NCBI GenBank assembly: GCA_030390025.1
Contig: CM059425.1
Span: 178,190,001 to 178,254,000, forward strand
Length of the DNA: 64,000 nucleotides
Reading direction: 5' to 3'
Source of the DNA: Squalus acanthias
Lineage: Eukaryota
Shown: positions 11,409-24,088 of the stretch, piece by piece
How the letters are laid out: every line of letters begins with the position of its first letter
Numbering within the stretch: position 1 is the stretch's first letter
The notes under the pieces: generated by a model
What the model saw: only the letters and a program-made list of their open reading frames with translations
Told to the model about the DNA's origin: nothing
Database searches by the model: none
Made by a program: the position numbers and the translations under genes

Positions 11409-13882
11409 ATTATTTTCCCTGCTGTTTTACAAATGCATTAACCTGTTTAAAGTGAATAATAATTTATATATACTAATGCTGTATAGAGTAATTTTTAGGC
11501 TTATATCCCTAGGTTTCTCAAGATTGTTTCAAAGAGTTTCCCAACCCTAAGGCCAAGCTTTTCCGAGACCCCATACAAACAGCAGGGCTTCAGACACAGC
11601 AACCAGTTTATCAGAAAACCAGGGGTGCACTGCTAAAAAATTTTGATAAGCCGTCAGCTACATGTGAGCCCCACTGGTGGTGTCAGGTCTCAGAACATTT
11701 TGGCCATAATTTCAAAGTAAATGTCTTGACTCCTTTGAAATATGGGCCTATTTCCAATCTTCAAGATTCTCTGCCAGGTTTAACAATTTTTTTTTTTTAA
11801 TTGCCTGTTGAAACATACAGGCCCGGATTTTGTGGTCAGCAGTGACGGAACGGCGCTCGCCGTTTATTGCACTTACAGTTGCCCACAGAACTTTTGTGGG
11901 CTTTTGAGCAGCAACTTACGGTATTTAAAGATCCTTTTCAGTGCGGCGCCCTCTACAGGGGATCTGTGGCACATGTGAGCAGGTCAAGTAACAGTGTGCC
12001 TCTTCAACCAATCAGATTTATGAATCCTCACTGAGACACATGGGCGGGGGGGTAATTTTAACCACAAAAAAAGGGTGGGATTGTGTCGGGTGGGATGTTA
12101 AAATTCTAAAGATCACAAACCCGACCCCAACCCGCCCACTTCCAGTTTTAACAGAAGCGGGATGGGGTGAGGAACATAGGAACAGGAGTAGGCTATTTAG
12201 CCCCTTGAGCCTGCTCCGCCATTCAATGAGATCATGGCTGATCTGCGACCTAACTCCATATACCCGCCTTTGGCCGATATCCCTTAATACCTTTGGTTAA
12301 CAGAAAGCTATCAATCTCCGATTTAAAATTAACAATTGATCTAGCATCAATTGCCATTTGCAGAAGAGAGTTCCAAATTTCTACCACCCTTTGTGTGTAG
12401 AAGTGTTTCCTAATTTCACTCCTGAAAGGTCTGGCTCTAATTTTTAGACTATACCTCCTAGTTCTAGAATCCCCAACCAGTGGAAATAGTTTCTCTCTAT
12501 CTACCCTATCTGTTCCCTTTAATATCTTGAAAACTTCGATCAGCTCACCCCTTAACCTTCTAAATTCTAGGGAATACAACCCTAATTTGTGTAATCTCTC
12601 CTCGTAACTTAACCCTTGAAGTCCGGGTATCATTCTGGTAAACCTACGCTGCACTCCCTCCAAGGCCAATATATCCTTCCTAAGGTGTGTTGCCCAGAAC
12701 TACTCACAGTACTCCAGGTGTGGTCTAACCAGGGTTTTGTATAGCTGCAGCATAACTTCTACCCCCTTGTATTCTAGTCCTCTAGATCTAAAGGCCAGCA
12801 TCCCATTAGCCTTTTTGATTATTTTCTGTACCTGTTCATGACATTTTAATGATCTATATACCTGGACCCCCAAGTCTCTTTGGACCTCCACTGTTTTTAG
12901 CCTTTCGCCATTTAGAAAGTACTCTGTTCTATCCTTTTTAGGTCCAAAGTGGAAGACCTCACATTTGCCTACATTGAGATCCATTTGCCACAGTTTTGCC
13001 CATTCACTTAATCTGTCAATATTCCTTTGTAATTTTATGCTTCCATCTACACTGCCTACAATTCCACCTATCTTTGTGTCATCAGCAAACTTGGATATAT
13101 GACTTTCTATGCCATCATCTAAGTCATTAATAAATACTGTGGCTAGTTGACGCCCCAACACAGATCCCTGCGAGACACCACTAGTCACCTCCTGCCTATT
13201 TGAGTTCCTACCCATTATCCCTACTCTCGTCTCCTGCCGCTCAGCCAATTTCCTAATCAGGTCAATAATTTGCCCTCAATTCCGTGGGCTTCTACCTTAG
13301 TTAACAGACTCTTATGTGGGACTTTATCAAATGCCTCTGGAAGTCCACATAAATAACATCCATAGACATTCCCCTGTCCACTACTTTAGTCATCTCTTCA
13401 AAAAATTCATTCAGGTTTGTCAGGCATGACCTACCTTTCACAAATCCATGCTGGCTCTCTCTGATCAACTGAAAATTTCCAAGGTGTTCAGTCACCCTAT
13501 CTTTAATTGTAGACTCTAGCAATTTCCCAACAACAGATGTTAGGCTAACTGGCCTATAATTCCCTGGTTTCCCTCTCTCACCATTTTTAAATAGCGGAGT
13601 GACATGCGCAATTTTCCAATCTAAAGGAATGGTTCTTGAATCGAGAGAACTTTGGAAGATTATAGTTAGGGCATCTGCAAAGTACTCACCTACTTCCTTT
13701 AAAATCCTGGGATGGAAACCATCTGGTCCTCGGGATTTGTCACTCTTTAGTGCCATGATTTTCTTCATTACTGTTTTTTTACTTACATTAATTTTATTGA
13801 GTTCCTATCTCTGATTTAGTTTCCTTGGGATTTCTGGCATGCTATCCTCTTCATCTACTGTAAATACTGCTGCAAAGTATTG

Positions 13883-16212
13883 TTTTTTTATTCGCCCTAG
13901 GATGTGGGCGTCGCTGGCAAGGCCAGCATTTATTGCCCATCCCTAGTTTCCCTTGAGAAGGTGGTGGGGAGCCGCCTTCTTGAACCGCTGTAGTCCGTGT
14001 GGTGAGGGTACTACCATAGTGCTGTTAGGGAGGGAGTTCCAAGATTTCAACCCAGCAACGATGAAGGAACGGTGATATACTTCCAAGTCAGGATGGTGTG
14101 TGACTTGGAGGGGAACTTGGAGGTGGTGGTATTCCCATGCGCCTGCTGCCCTTGTCCATCTAGGTGGTAGAGGTCGTGCGTTTGGGAGGTGCTGCTGAAG
14201 AAGCCTTGGCGAGTTGCTGCAGTGCATCTTGTAGATGGTACACACTGCAGCCACGGTACGCCGGTGGTGGAGGGAGTGAATGTTTAAGGTGATGGATGGG
14301 GTGCCAATCAAGTGGGCTGCTTTGTCCTGGATGGTGTCGAGCTTCTTGAGTGTTGTTGGAGCTGCACTCATCCAGGCAAGTGGAGAGTATTTCATCACAC
14401 TCCTGATTTGTGCCTTGTAGATGGTGGAAAGGCTTTGGGGAGTCAGGAGGTCAGACACTCGCCACAGAATACCCAGCCTCTAACCTGCTCTTGTTGCCAC
14501 AGTATTTATGTGGCTGGTCCAGTTAAGTTTCTGGTCAATGGTGACCCCCAGGATATTGATGGTGGGGGATTCGGCGATGGTAATGCCGTTGAATGTCAAG
14601 GGGCGGTGGTTAGACTCTCGCTTGTTGGAGATAACCGTTGCCTGGCACTTGTGCGGTGCAAATGTTACCTGCCATTTTTCAGCCCAAGCCTGGATGTCGT
14701 CCAGGTCTTGCTGCATGCGGGCATGGACTGCTTCATTATCTGAGGAATTGTGAACGGCAATGAACACTGTGCAGTCATCAGTGAACATCCCCACTTCTGA
14801 CCTTATGATGGAGGGAAGGTCATTGATGAAGCAGCTGAAGATGGTTGGGCCTTGGACACTTCCCTGAGGAACTCCTGCAACAATGTCCTGGGGCTGTGAT
14901 GATTGACCTCCAACCACCACAACCATCTTCCTTTGTGCTAGGTATGATTCCAGCCAGTGACGAGTTTTCCCCCCGATTCCCATTGACTTCAGTTTTACTC
15001 GGGCTTCTTGATGCCACACTTGGTCAAATGCTGCCTTGATGTCAGGAGCAGTCACTCTCACCTCACCTCTGGAATTCAGCTCTTTTGACCAAATTTGGAC
15101 CAAGGCTGTAATGAGGTCGGGAGCCGAGTGGTCCTGGCAGAACCCAAACTGGGCATCATTGAGCAGGTTATTGGTGAGTAAGTGCTGCTTGATAGCACTG
15201 TCGAAGACACCTTCCATCACTTTGCTGATGATTGAGAGTAGACTGATATGGTGGTAATTGGCCAGATTGGATTTGTCCTGCTTTTTGTGGACAGGACATA
15301 CCTGGGCAGTTTTCCACATTGTCGGATAGATGCCAGTGTTGTAGCTGTACTGGAACAGCTTGGCTAGATGCGCTGTTAGTTCTGGAGCACAAGTTTTCAG
15401 CACGACAGCCGGGATATTGTCAGGGCCCATAGCCTTTGCTGTATCCAGTGCACTCAGCCGTTTCTTGATATCACATGGAGTGAATCGAATTGGCTGAAGA
15501 CTGGCTTCTGTGGTGGTGGGGTCCTCAGGAGGAGGCCGATATGGATCATCCACTCGGCACTTCTGGCTGAAGATGGTTGCAAACACTTCAGCCTTGTCTT
15601 TTGCACTCACGTGCTGGGCTCCACTATCATTGAGGATGGGGATATTCATGAAGCCTCCTCCTCCCGTTAGTTGTTTAATGGTCCACCACCATTCACGACT
15701 GGATTTGGCAGGACTGCAGAGCTTTGATCTGATCTGTTGATTGTGGAATCACTTAGCTCTGTCCATAGTATGCTGCTTCCGCTTTTTAGCTTGCTTGTAG
15801 TCCTGTGTTGCAGCTTCCCCAGGTTGGCACCGCATTTTTAGGTATGCCTGGGCTGCTCCCAGCATGCTCTTCTACACTCCTTATTGAACCAGGGTTGGTC
15901 CCCTGGCTTGATGATAATAGTAGAGCGAGGGATATGCCGGGCCATGAGGATACAGATTGTGGTGGAATACAATTCTGCTGCTTACTGATGGCCCACAGTG
16001 CCTCATGGATGCCCAGTTTTGAGCTGCTAGGTCTGTTCTGAATCTATTCCATTTAGCACAGTGGTAGTGCCACACAACACGATGGAGGGTGTCCTCAGTG
16101 TGAAGATGGGACTTCGTCTCCACAATGACTGTGGGGTGGTCACTGCTATCAATGCTGTCATGCACAGATGCATCTGCGACAGGTAGATTGGTGAGGACGA
16201 GTTCAAGTAGGG
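13883..16212 (-). mobile_element. LINE family 2 (CR1/Jockey-group APE-RT, poly(A) tail), 5'-truncated, inserted in CR1 ORF2
   Basis: 389-aa RT ORF 14480-15649 (GPDNIP, QFGF, DIKAAFDQVWH, GVPQGSV, FTDD); C-terminal ORF 13943-14458. Confidence 0.92.
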
Positions 16213-16689
16213 ATGTCCGCCATATTCAACATGTCCACCATTTCCTTATTATCATTGATAATATCACCGCTTTCGGTTTTTAAGGGGCCAACGTTGCTCC
16301 TGACAATCCACTTTTTCCTAATATAATTGTAAAAAAAAGTGTTGATTTTGATGTCCCTTGCAAATTTCCTTTCATACTCCCTTATTGTAGCTTTTACTAT
16401 CTGTTTTGTGACCCTTTGCTGTTCTTTGTATCTTTCTCATTCGCCAGGATCTGTGCTATTTTTTTGCGTTTTTGTATGCTTTTTCTTTTAGTTTTATGCT
16501 GTCCCTTACCTCTTTAGTCATCCATGGCTATTTTTTTTTGGCAAGTGGAGCTCTTGCCCCTGAGGGGTGTAAACTGGTTCTGTATCACCTTAAATTCTTT
16601 TTTGAACACCTCCCACTGATCTTCTGTCGTTTTACCCATTAACACATTTGCTCAGTTTACTGTGGACAGTCTCTGTCTCATCCCTTTGA

Positions 16690-16870
16690 TGAGAAGTTGC
16701 ACAACACCAGGTTATAGTCCAACAGTTTTATTTGAAATCACGAGCTTTCGGAGCGCTGCTCCTTCGTCAGGTACCTCGTGATTTCAAATAAAACTGTTGG
16801 ACTATAACCTGGTGTTGTGCGACTTCTCATTTTTGTCCACCCCAGTCCAACACCGGCTTCTCCGCATCAT
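16690..16870. mobile_element. 180-bp Penelope-like (family 1) fold-back mini-insertion
   Basis: Inverted arms about 16689-16744 and 16776-16831; matches the pLTR at 47350-47449; TSD (t)catccctttga at 16679-89 and 16871-81. Confidence 0.88.
16738..16772 (-). ncRNA. Minimal hammerhead ribozyme, stem I truncated
   Basis: ac-CUGACGA-aggagc agc gcucc-GAAA-gCUC-guga. Confidence 0.75.
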
Positions 16871-17677
16871 CATCCCTTTGAAGTCGGCCGTACCCAAATC
16901 TAAAATCTTAATAGGTGTTTCGGCATTTCTCCCTTTCAAACGCTACATTGAACTCAATCATGTCATGATCACCATTGGATAAATGTTCACGCACACTTAG
17001 GCTGTTAACTAAATCTGGCTCATTACTCATTACTAAATCTAAAATGGCGTGCCCCCTTGTTCCCTCTAAGACATATTGTTGTAGAAAACTATCTCAGACA
17101 CACTCAAGAAATTCACTACCTTTCTGACAGGTGCTAGTCTGCTTATCCCAATCTGTATGAAAGTTAAAATCCCTCATTAAAACCACTCTGCCTTTGCTAT
17201 GCGCTCGTCTAATCTCTGCATTTATACAACCTAGCACTTCACAGCTACTACCAGGGGCCTATACACAACTCCTACTACAGTCTTAAATCCTTTCCTACGT
17301 CTTAATTCTACCCATAAAGTCTCCACTGCCTGCTTACCTCTCATTATATCCTCACTTATCATTGAAGTGATTTTGTCCTTAATCACTAAGGCTACTCCTC
17401 CCCCAGCTCTGCCATTTTCCCTATCTTTCCTGTAGACCTTATAACCTGGTGTATTTAGTTCCCAGTCCTGACCATCTTGGAGCCATGTCTTAGTAATGAC
17501 TACCATGTCATACCCTCCAATTTTGAATTTGTGCCTGCAGTTCATTCAATTTATTTCTTATACTCCGTGCGTTTGTATAAGGAACACGTATTTGGTCCAC
17601 ACACCCTAGCCTGTCCTTCGGCGCTAATGTTTTTCTCACTCGTTTCTTACTTCTCTCACCTGGTTTAATCACATTAC

Positions 17678-18268
17678 GGGGGAAAAATTGGGTTGCTTTG
17701 CGCCTCCCGTTAGCATCCTCTAGGGCGCTAACGGGGGGCGCAAAGCAACTAGCTCCCGGGTGCAGCGCCGCCCACGCCTCCCGCGAAATTCGGTGGGAGG
17801 TTAGCAACAGCGCTAACCGGTAGCGCCCCACGGCGCTGCGCCACCAATGATGACATCATCGCCGTGCGCAGCGCCTCTCTCGCGCCCCAGCCGCGATCTT
17901 CGGGAGTGCCCCCTGACTTACCGCCGGACGCTATGTCCGACGGGGTCAGGGGGGCCTACCTGCGGCCGGGGGGGCGCAATTTAAAGGTGAGGTGCGGGGC
18001 GGCCATTTTTATTGCTGGCCGCCTGCCAGTACCTGCCTGCGCTCCCGTCCCTGGCCTCCTGAATGGCCCCCCTGCGGAGTGCCAGCTGCGCTCCAAGAGC
18101 CCGGCACTTCTCTTGCGTGCCGGGCTCTTTTGCCAGCACTCCCGATCCCTGGGGGCCCCGGGTCGCGCTGCACAAGGCCCCTCCCCTTTAAGAAGGGGAG
18201 GAAGGCCTGCAATACAGCGGCCCAGTGAAGTTAGAGCCCCAAATGGAGCGCTACTCAATTTTTTGCCG
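17678..18268. mobile_element. GC-rich Harbinger-type MITE near the CR1 ORF1/ORF2 junction
   Basis: GGGGGAAAAATT / AATTTTTTGCCG ends, TAC duplicated; subterminal gcgcc motifs shared with 45300-45483. Confidence 0.8.
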
Positions 18269-18402
18269 TACATCTTTTAGTTTTCCCTCTACCTGTAGTG
18301 CCTAAAGCACAATTTCTGACTGTTACTCTACTCTCTTCCCTTTCAGTTGTTTTTGAACTACTATTTTTACTACAATTTCCACCTGAGCCCTCCCCCCATT
18401 TA

Positions 18403-19355
18403 CTAGTTTAAAGTCCTTGTGACCTCCCTATTTATCCTTTCCACTAGGACCCTGGTCCCAGATTGGTTCAGGTGGAGCCCATCCCAACGGTACAGTTCCT
18501 TCCTGTCCCAATACTGGTGCCAGTGCCCCATGAAATAGAACCCCTCTTTCCCACACCACTCCTTTAGCCACTTGTTCGCTTCCCTAATCATCTTATCCCT
18601 ATGCCAATTTGCACGTGGCTCAGGTAATAATCCAGAGATTATAACCCTTGAGGTCCTGGTCTTTAATTTAGCTCCTAGTTCCTGGTACTCCCCAAACAGG
18701 ACCTCTTGTTTACTCTTCCCTATGTTTTTGGTCCCAACATGGACCACAACGACTGGATCCTCCCCCTACCTCTCCAGTATCCTTTCAAGCCGGTTCGAGA
18801 TGTCCCTGGCACCAGGTAGGCAACATACCATGTGGGACTCTTGATCCTGCTTACAAAGGATGCTGTCTGTCCCCCTAATTACAGAATCCCCTACAACTAC
18901 CACATTACACTTCCGCTCCTTGTTCTCCTCCCACCTTAGGACAGCCCCTGCTCCAAAGTGTCATGATCCGCATTCTGGCTGTCCTTCTGACAGTCTTCAT
19001 CCTTATCCTCACAGGTAGCAAGTACATTGTACCTGTTGGATAGGATCAGTTTCTGTGGATCCTCATTCTCTTTCTTACCTGGGTTCCCCTTACTCTGCAC
19101 ACTACCGGTCACACCAACCCCGTTCTGATCCTGCACCTCTCTACGAGGTGTGACCGAGGTCTGGAGCAAACTGTCCAGATACTCTTCCCCTTCCCTTATG
19201 TGTCGGAGTGTCTCCAACTCGCACTCCAGCTCAATGACTCTGAGCCGGAGATATTCGAGATGGAGACATCTACTGCAGATGTGTTTACTCGGGACAGTCT
19301 CGCTGTCCACAAACTCCCACATACTGCAGTCCAGACACACAACCTGCTCTGCCAT
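18403..19355 (-). pseudogene. CR1 ORF1: zinc-finger/leucine-zipper plus SGNH esterase domain, disrupted
   Basis: CLDC...HICSRC then heptad LRLRVIELECELETL; VHVGTKN, ISGLLP, DGLHLN; stop at 18936. Confidence 0.9.
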
Positions 19356-19607
19356 ATCTTAGTCTAACCTTCTTTTATTTATTTAATTAGTTAAAATCTT
19401 TATTCAATGAGTATATATAGTGTTATTAATTAGTTTATCTAGTTAAGTATTTAATATAATAAAGTACGTTATAGTTTCCCGCTCTTAGTTTAAACCATTG
19501 CCTAGCTTAGAGAGGGAAAAGTTAATACTCACCAAACAATCACCTACCTGATGTCCTGTGACGTCACTCCTTTTTTTTGTTGTTTTAGAATTCGCCGGAT
19601 TTGTACC

Positions 19608-19900
19608 GCCTCCTCTGGTGCCGACTCCTCACAGGTCCGCGCTGTCTCTCCTCCCGTTCTATTTATGGTCTGCCTCCTCCAGTGCCGACTCCTCACAGGT
19701 CCGCGCTGCCTCTCCACCCGCTCTATTTATGGTCTGCCTCCTCCGGTGCCGACTCCTTGGATGTCCGCGCTGCCTCTCCTCCCGCTCTATTTATGGTCTG
19801 CCGCCTCCTCCAGTGCCGACTCCTCGCAGGTCCGCGCTGCCTCTCCTCCCGCTCTATTTATGGTCTGCCACCTCCTCCGGTGCAGACTCCTCGCAGGTCC
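19608..19900 (-). repeat. About 4.5 tandem 64-67 bp monomers at the CR1 5' end
   Basis: Unit cctcctccagtgccgactcctcacaggtccgcgctgcctctccacccgctctatttatggtctg. Confidence 0.92.
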
Positions 19901-22775
19901 AACCAACCCGCTCCCAGGAGGTGGGTTGGTCATTTAATATTATAATGAGGCTGCGTGCCTTATATTTAACCTTCCTTCCAGGTTTAACACTGGCCAGCCG
20001 GGTTTCCTGGGCCTCGGGAAACTCAGCAGCTAAAGGGAGGCGAGGACTGCTTCGTGGAATAGGTAAGTGCCTTTCCCGCACTGTTTGTGGGCCAAGAGGA
20101 GCAGGAGTACTTCCTCCCGACCCACCAAGCTTACCTTCTTCCCTGCTCACAATCGGCCTCCTCCGGAGCATTTCCCGCCCAACAGCGAACTCAGCCTATC
20201 AATCAGGCTGGCTTCTGGGCGGAGAATCTGCTTGAAATAAAAGACGCTCGCTGTGGAGTTAAAACTGCACAGCATGCGGGAAAACCCGGACTTCCGGGTT
20301 TCCCAGCCAGAACTCCTCCCCCTGCTCATAAAATCCGCCCCACTAAATATTAGGGCCGCAGAATCTAAACCAGGAAGTATAAATTAAAATATTTAATTCA
20401 ATGTAAAATCATATACAGAAAGCAAAATAAAGAGATGGAAATAAAGATGGGATTAAGAGAGAGAGAGATAAAAGAGACAGAAAGAAAAAGTAATTTTTAA
20501 TATTTTTTAAATCTCCAACAGTAATTTCATTTTGAAGGAATGAGTCTCCACACGTGTAAAATTAAATTTTCAGGGCACTATCACGCCGTTAAAAATTCAC
20601 TTACACCTGAATGCACAAGCCCTAACTTTTTCTGGTGTGTTTAGTGGGTAACTAATGGCTAAGTACCGCAACTTCACACCCTTCATGTGTTTGAATGCTG
20701 AATCTCTCGGCGAGGTACCGGTGGAGCGAAGCTTGTGGAGAAGCAGGGCAAATCGGACAGTGATTTCTGGATTTCTGGATTTAACTGCGCATGTGCAGAC
20801 ATCGGAAGTTGCTGCCCAATTTACTCCACTGATAGCTGATAGCCTTACCATTATTCCTACTGCAAAATCCGGGCCAATTAATTTCAAACGGTATTTTCTT
20901 TAAAACTTGCAGGTGCGAGTTGTTCTGACCAGGTACTGTGTTTTGAGAACATCTAACCCTTTCTTGCTATATCCTCTATATTGTCTAACTCCTCCTCTGC
21001 TGTTACTGGAAATTTGGGTGAAATTTTCCTATAGCCCACGTCACTGGCAGGGCTTCGAATGCAGCAAGCAACTTGAGGGTGATCCTACCTTTTGCCGAGA
21101 GTATAAACGGGGCGATATCAGATCAGCCGCAGTTATACACCTCTCTCGATTTTTGTATCCTTTGAAGTCAAAGGAAACGAAAACTATAACAGGTGGCTGA
21201 TCTGATATCCTTCCGTTTACACTTCTGCCAAAAGTTAAAATTATCCCCCTTATCAAAAATCACAAGTTCATTGCTCCTGATTTTCTGATAAGCCACCTAC
21301 TGCATGGGAGACCAACCAGTGATGTGGAGTCTCAGAAAATGTTACCTTTGATATTTAACTCAGGCATCTTTTCCTCCTATTCCTGAGAAAAGAAAAATAT
21401 GAAATAACACTAATAACTCTACTGCTTACACTATCATTTTGTTCTTTGTTTATAACATGTATATTTTAAAAACTTTTAATCGTTACTTGAGATGTTCTCA
21501 CAATATTAAGTTCAATGTTTCATCTCATAACTTTCACTTGTTTTTGCATGTCTTTATAACGCACAAGCTGAATCAGCCTCAAGAATCATTGAATTAAAAT
21601 CAATCTCAAGTTGTATCTTTATTGTATTTTCATAATCAAGGACACTGTAAAGTTTATTTACCTTCTATGAAATGCTGTACATGAAGTGGTTTAAAAAGTA
21701 TATTTATCGAGTACCCACAGTTTATACTGTTGATAAATAACTTCTTAACCTTAGGGGCCAACATTAAATTAGATATGTATTGCCATGGGCTATTGTAATT
21801 AAAGTATTTAATAAAAGTAAAATCATACTGGTGAACTATTCAATTTATAAAGTTTCATTTTGCCTCATTAATTATCCAATACTCTTTCTCAAAGTAAAGC
21901 TGAAAGATTGCAATGACTGCCATGTATTACAGGAATAACTTCTAACAATTACTATGATGAGTCTTGGCATAAAATCTAGCGTATAAGTCACCTTTGTATT
22001 ACTCTCTCGATTTTATACTTGAATTTTCTTTAAAATATTTTTGTAACTCTGTAGAAGTCACCATGGGAGAGAGTGGGAGTCTCTGGTAAGTACTGGGTGA
22101 GTCTGGGTGAGTACTAGCTGTAAAAAGTGAAATTTAGTATTAACATTTTGAATTTAACTTAGAACTTTAAAAACTGTAGTTAACAGAAACTGCCTGTCAG
22201 TGACAGTTAACTGTCAGTCAGCTGTAAGTGTTTGTCTTGAATAGGTGCTAATTACTGTGAGCAGGGAGCTGAATCAGTCATTGTAACTTGGGTGTAGCTC
22301 CAAGGGTATAAAAGTAAACACTATCAGCTAATGCACAGAGTGGTCTTAAACGGAGTGCACTTAAACAGAATGTTAAAGTTGGGAATTTGGAGAGAGTGGG
22401 AATTCGGAGCAGAGATGGAAGGAGGTGTTGATTTTTGCCTCCAATACCTGTAGGGCTTTGTGTTACAGGTAAATATTTAATTTCATCGACCTATGAATTA
22501 AACTAGATCTGAGTTAAAAACTAAACTATAAGCTAAGTTAATTAAATGCATAAACTTTAATTAATTAAATAACTAAAATAAGGTTATATAGGGATGGCAG
22601 TGCAGGTGGTGTGCTGCAACTGCAGCATGTGGGAGTTTGTGGAAAGCATTGCGATCCTGGAAGACCACATCTGCAGTAAGTGTCTGCATCTTGAGGAACT
22701 TCAGCTCAGAGCTGTTGAGCTGGAGTCTGAGGTACAGTCATTGCGGGGCATCAGGGAGAGTTATCTGGACACTTT

Positions 22776-23586
22776 GGGCTGGATTTTCTCAATGGGGAGC
22801 TTTTGGAGGTGGAACTCCCACTTGGCGGGTTTTAGTCCCGCCTCCATCAACTTGTGGCCAACCCATGCTATTTCCCCTTGATTGACCTTGTTAAGCCCGC
22901 CCAGCGGGCTTAGCAGGCCAATTAAGGGAAAGCCGGCAACAGGTGACGTCAACGAGTGACGTTTCATCTGTCAAGAGCTTTTGACAGATGAAATGTCAGC
23001 GTTTGACGGCTCTGTGAAGCTGTGAAACACGGACAATCTGTCCTCTAAGTTGAGTCCTTCCACCCAGGCTCAGTTAGGGATCTCTCCTGAGCAGAAAGCA
23101 GAAGGCTGCAGCTTTTGACAGTTCAGCGGCCATTCTGCTTTCTGTGCAGGTGAGATGAGGGACTCCTGAGAACTGAAGGGAGGAAGCCTGCAGGAAGAAG
23201 TAAAGGTAAGTAAAACTTATTAAAACACTTTTCACACACTTACCTCTCCACACTTGCACTCATCACTCACCTGCACAGCGGACATCTCGACCCCCTCAGA
23301 CCAACGGCCCGCCTTGCTGACTCTGGCGAGGTTCGGCGCCATCGGGAAGCCCACACTTCAGGGCTGAAAATAGGGATTCTCAAAAAAACTGCCTCTTAAC
23401 TACCTGTTAATAGACAGTTAATTAGCACTAATCCCCTTCCCGCCTCGGGGAAGCAGCTCCCAGCACGGTTCGGGTACCCGCCTCCTGGGAAGATGGTACG
23501 GAGGCAGTTTGGGGGCGGGGTCCCGCCCCCAGATTCTGCCATTTTCCCGGCAATCCCGCCTCCCCAGGGCTGGCAAAATCGCCCCC
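22776..23586. mobile_element. Harbinger-type MITE family C in CR1 ORF1
   Basis: GGGCTGGATTTTC / CAAAATCGCCCCC, TTT duplicated; ORF1 resumes after it; inverted paralogue at 27828-28668. Confidence 0.82.
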
Positions 23587-23974
23587 TTTGATCCAGGAGG
23601 TAGTCACAACCCTTAGGTTAGGTAGTGGTACATGTCTGGTTAGTGGTCACGGACAGGAGGGTGTGACTGTGACTCAAGCAGGTAAGGGGACCCCAGGTGC
23701 AGTGCTGGAGGAGCCTCAGCCTTTGCCCTTATCCAACAGGTACGAGGTTCTTGCTGCTTCTGTGGATGAGGGTAAAGTCTGCAGGGTGGATGAGTGAACT
23801 GACCATGGTACCGTGGTACAGGTGGCCATTGAAGTGGGGGGAGTGAAAAGGAATGTTGTAGTGGTAGGGGACAGTATAGCCAGGGGGATAGATACTGCTC
23901 TCTGCAGCCGTGACCAGGAGTTCCAAAGGCTGTGTTGCCTGCCCGTGCCAGGGTTAAGGATATCTCCTTGCGGT

Positions 23975-24088
23975 GGGAGTGGGAGTGGGAGTGGGAGTGG
24001 GAGTGGGAGTGGGAGTGGGAGTGGGAGTGGGAGTGGGAGTGGGAGTGGGAGTGGGAGTGGGAGTGGGAGTGGGAGTGGGAGTGGGAGT
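23975..24088. repeat. (GGGAGT)n microsatellite, about 19 units
   Basis: Perfect hexamer run inside the ORF1 esterase region. Confidence 0.98.

Larger units (their letters stand above)
12173..19900 (-). mobile_element. Full-length, decayed CR1 LINE (5' monomer array, ORF1, APE-RT ORF2, 3' tail)
   Basis: ORF1 at 18403-19355; APE YTNARSIRNK and ITKTWLQ at 17230-17590; RT pieces 13301-13768, 12700-13248 (SQGSVLG, FADD) and 12250-12669; three internal insertions. Confidence 0.95.
12042..20341. mobile_element. Harbinger-type MITE family B, split by the CR1 (own sequence about 12042-12172 and 19900-20341)
   Basis: Ends GGGGTAATTTTA / TAAAATCCGCCCC. Confidence 0.6.
11820..20875. mobile_element. Harbinger-type MITE family A, split by about 8.3 kb of nested insertions (own sequence about 11820-12040 and 20355-20875)
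   Basis: Ends GGCCCGGATTTTG / CAAAATCCGGGCC; the two halves join colinearly with the intact copy at 31371-32133. Confidence 0.8.

Noticed and set aside
19551..20235. CRISPR-like array or repeat protein
   Set aside because: Head-to-tail units with no unique spacers, no cas genes, and a eukaryotic context.
20907..21200. Possible additional host exon after ttgcAG
   Set aside because: No recognisable protein similarity or partner exon; cannot be supported without transcripts.
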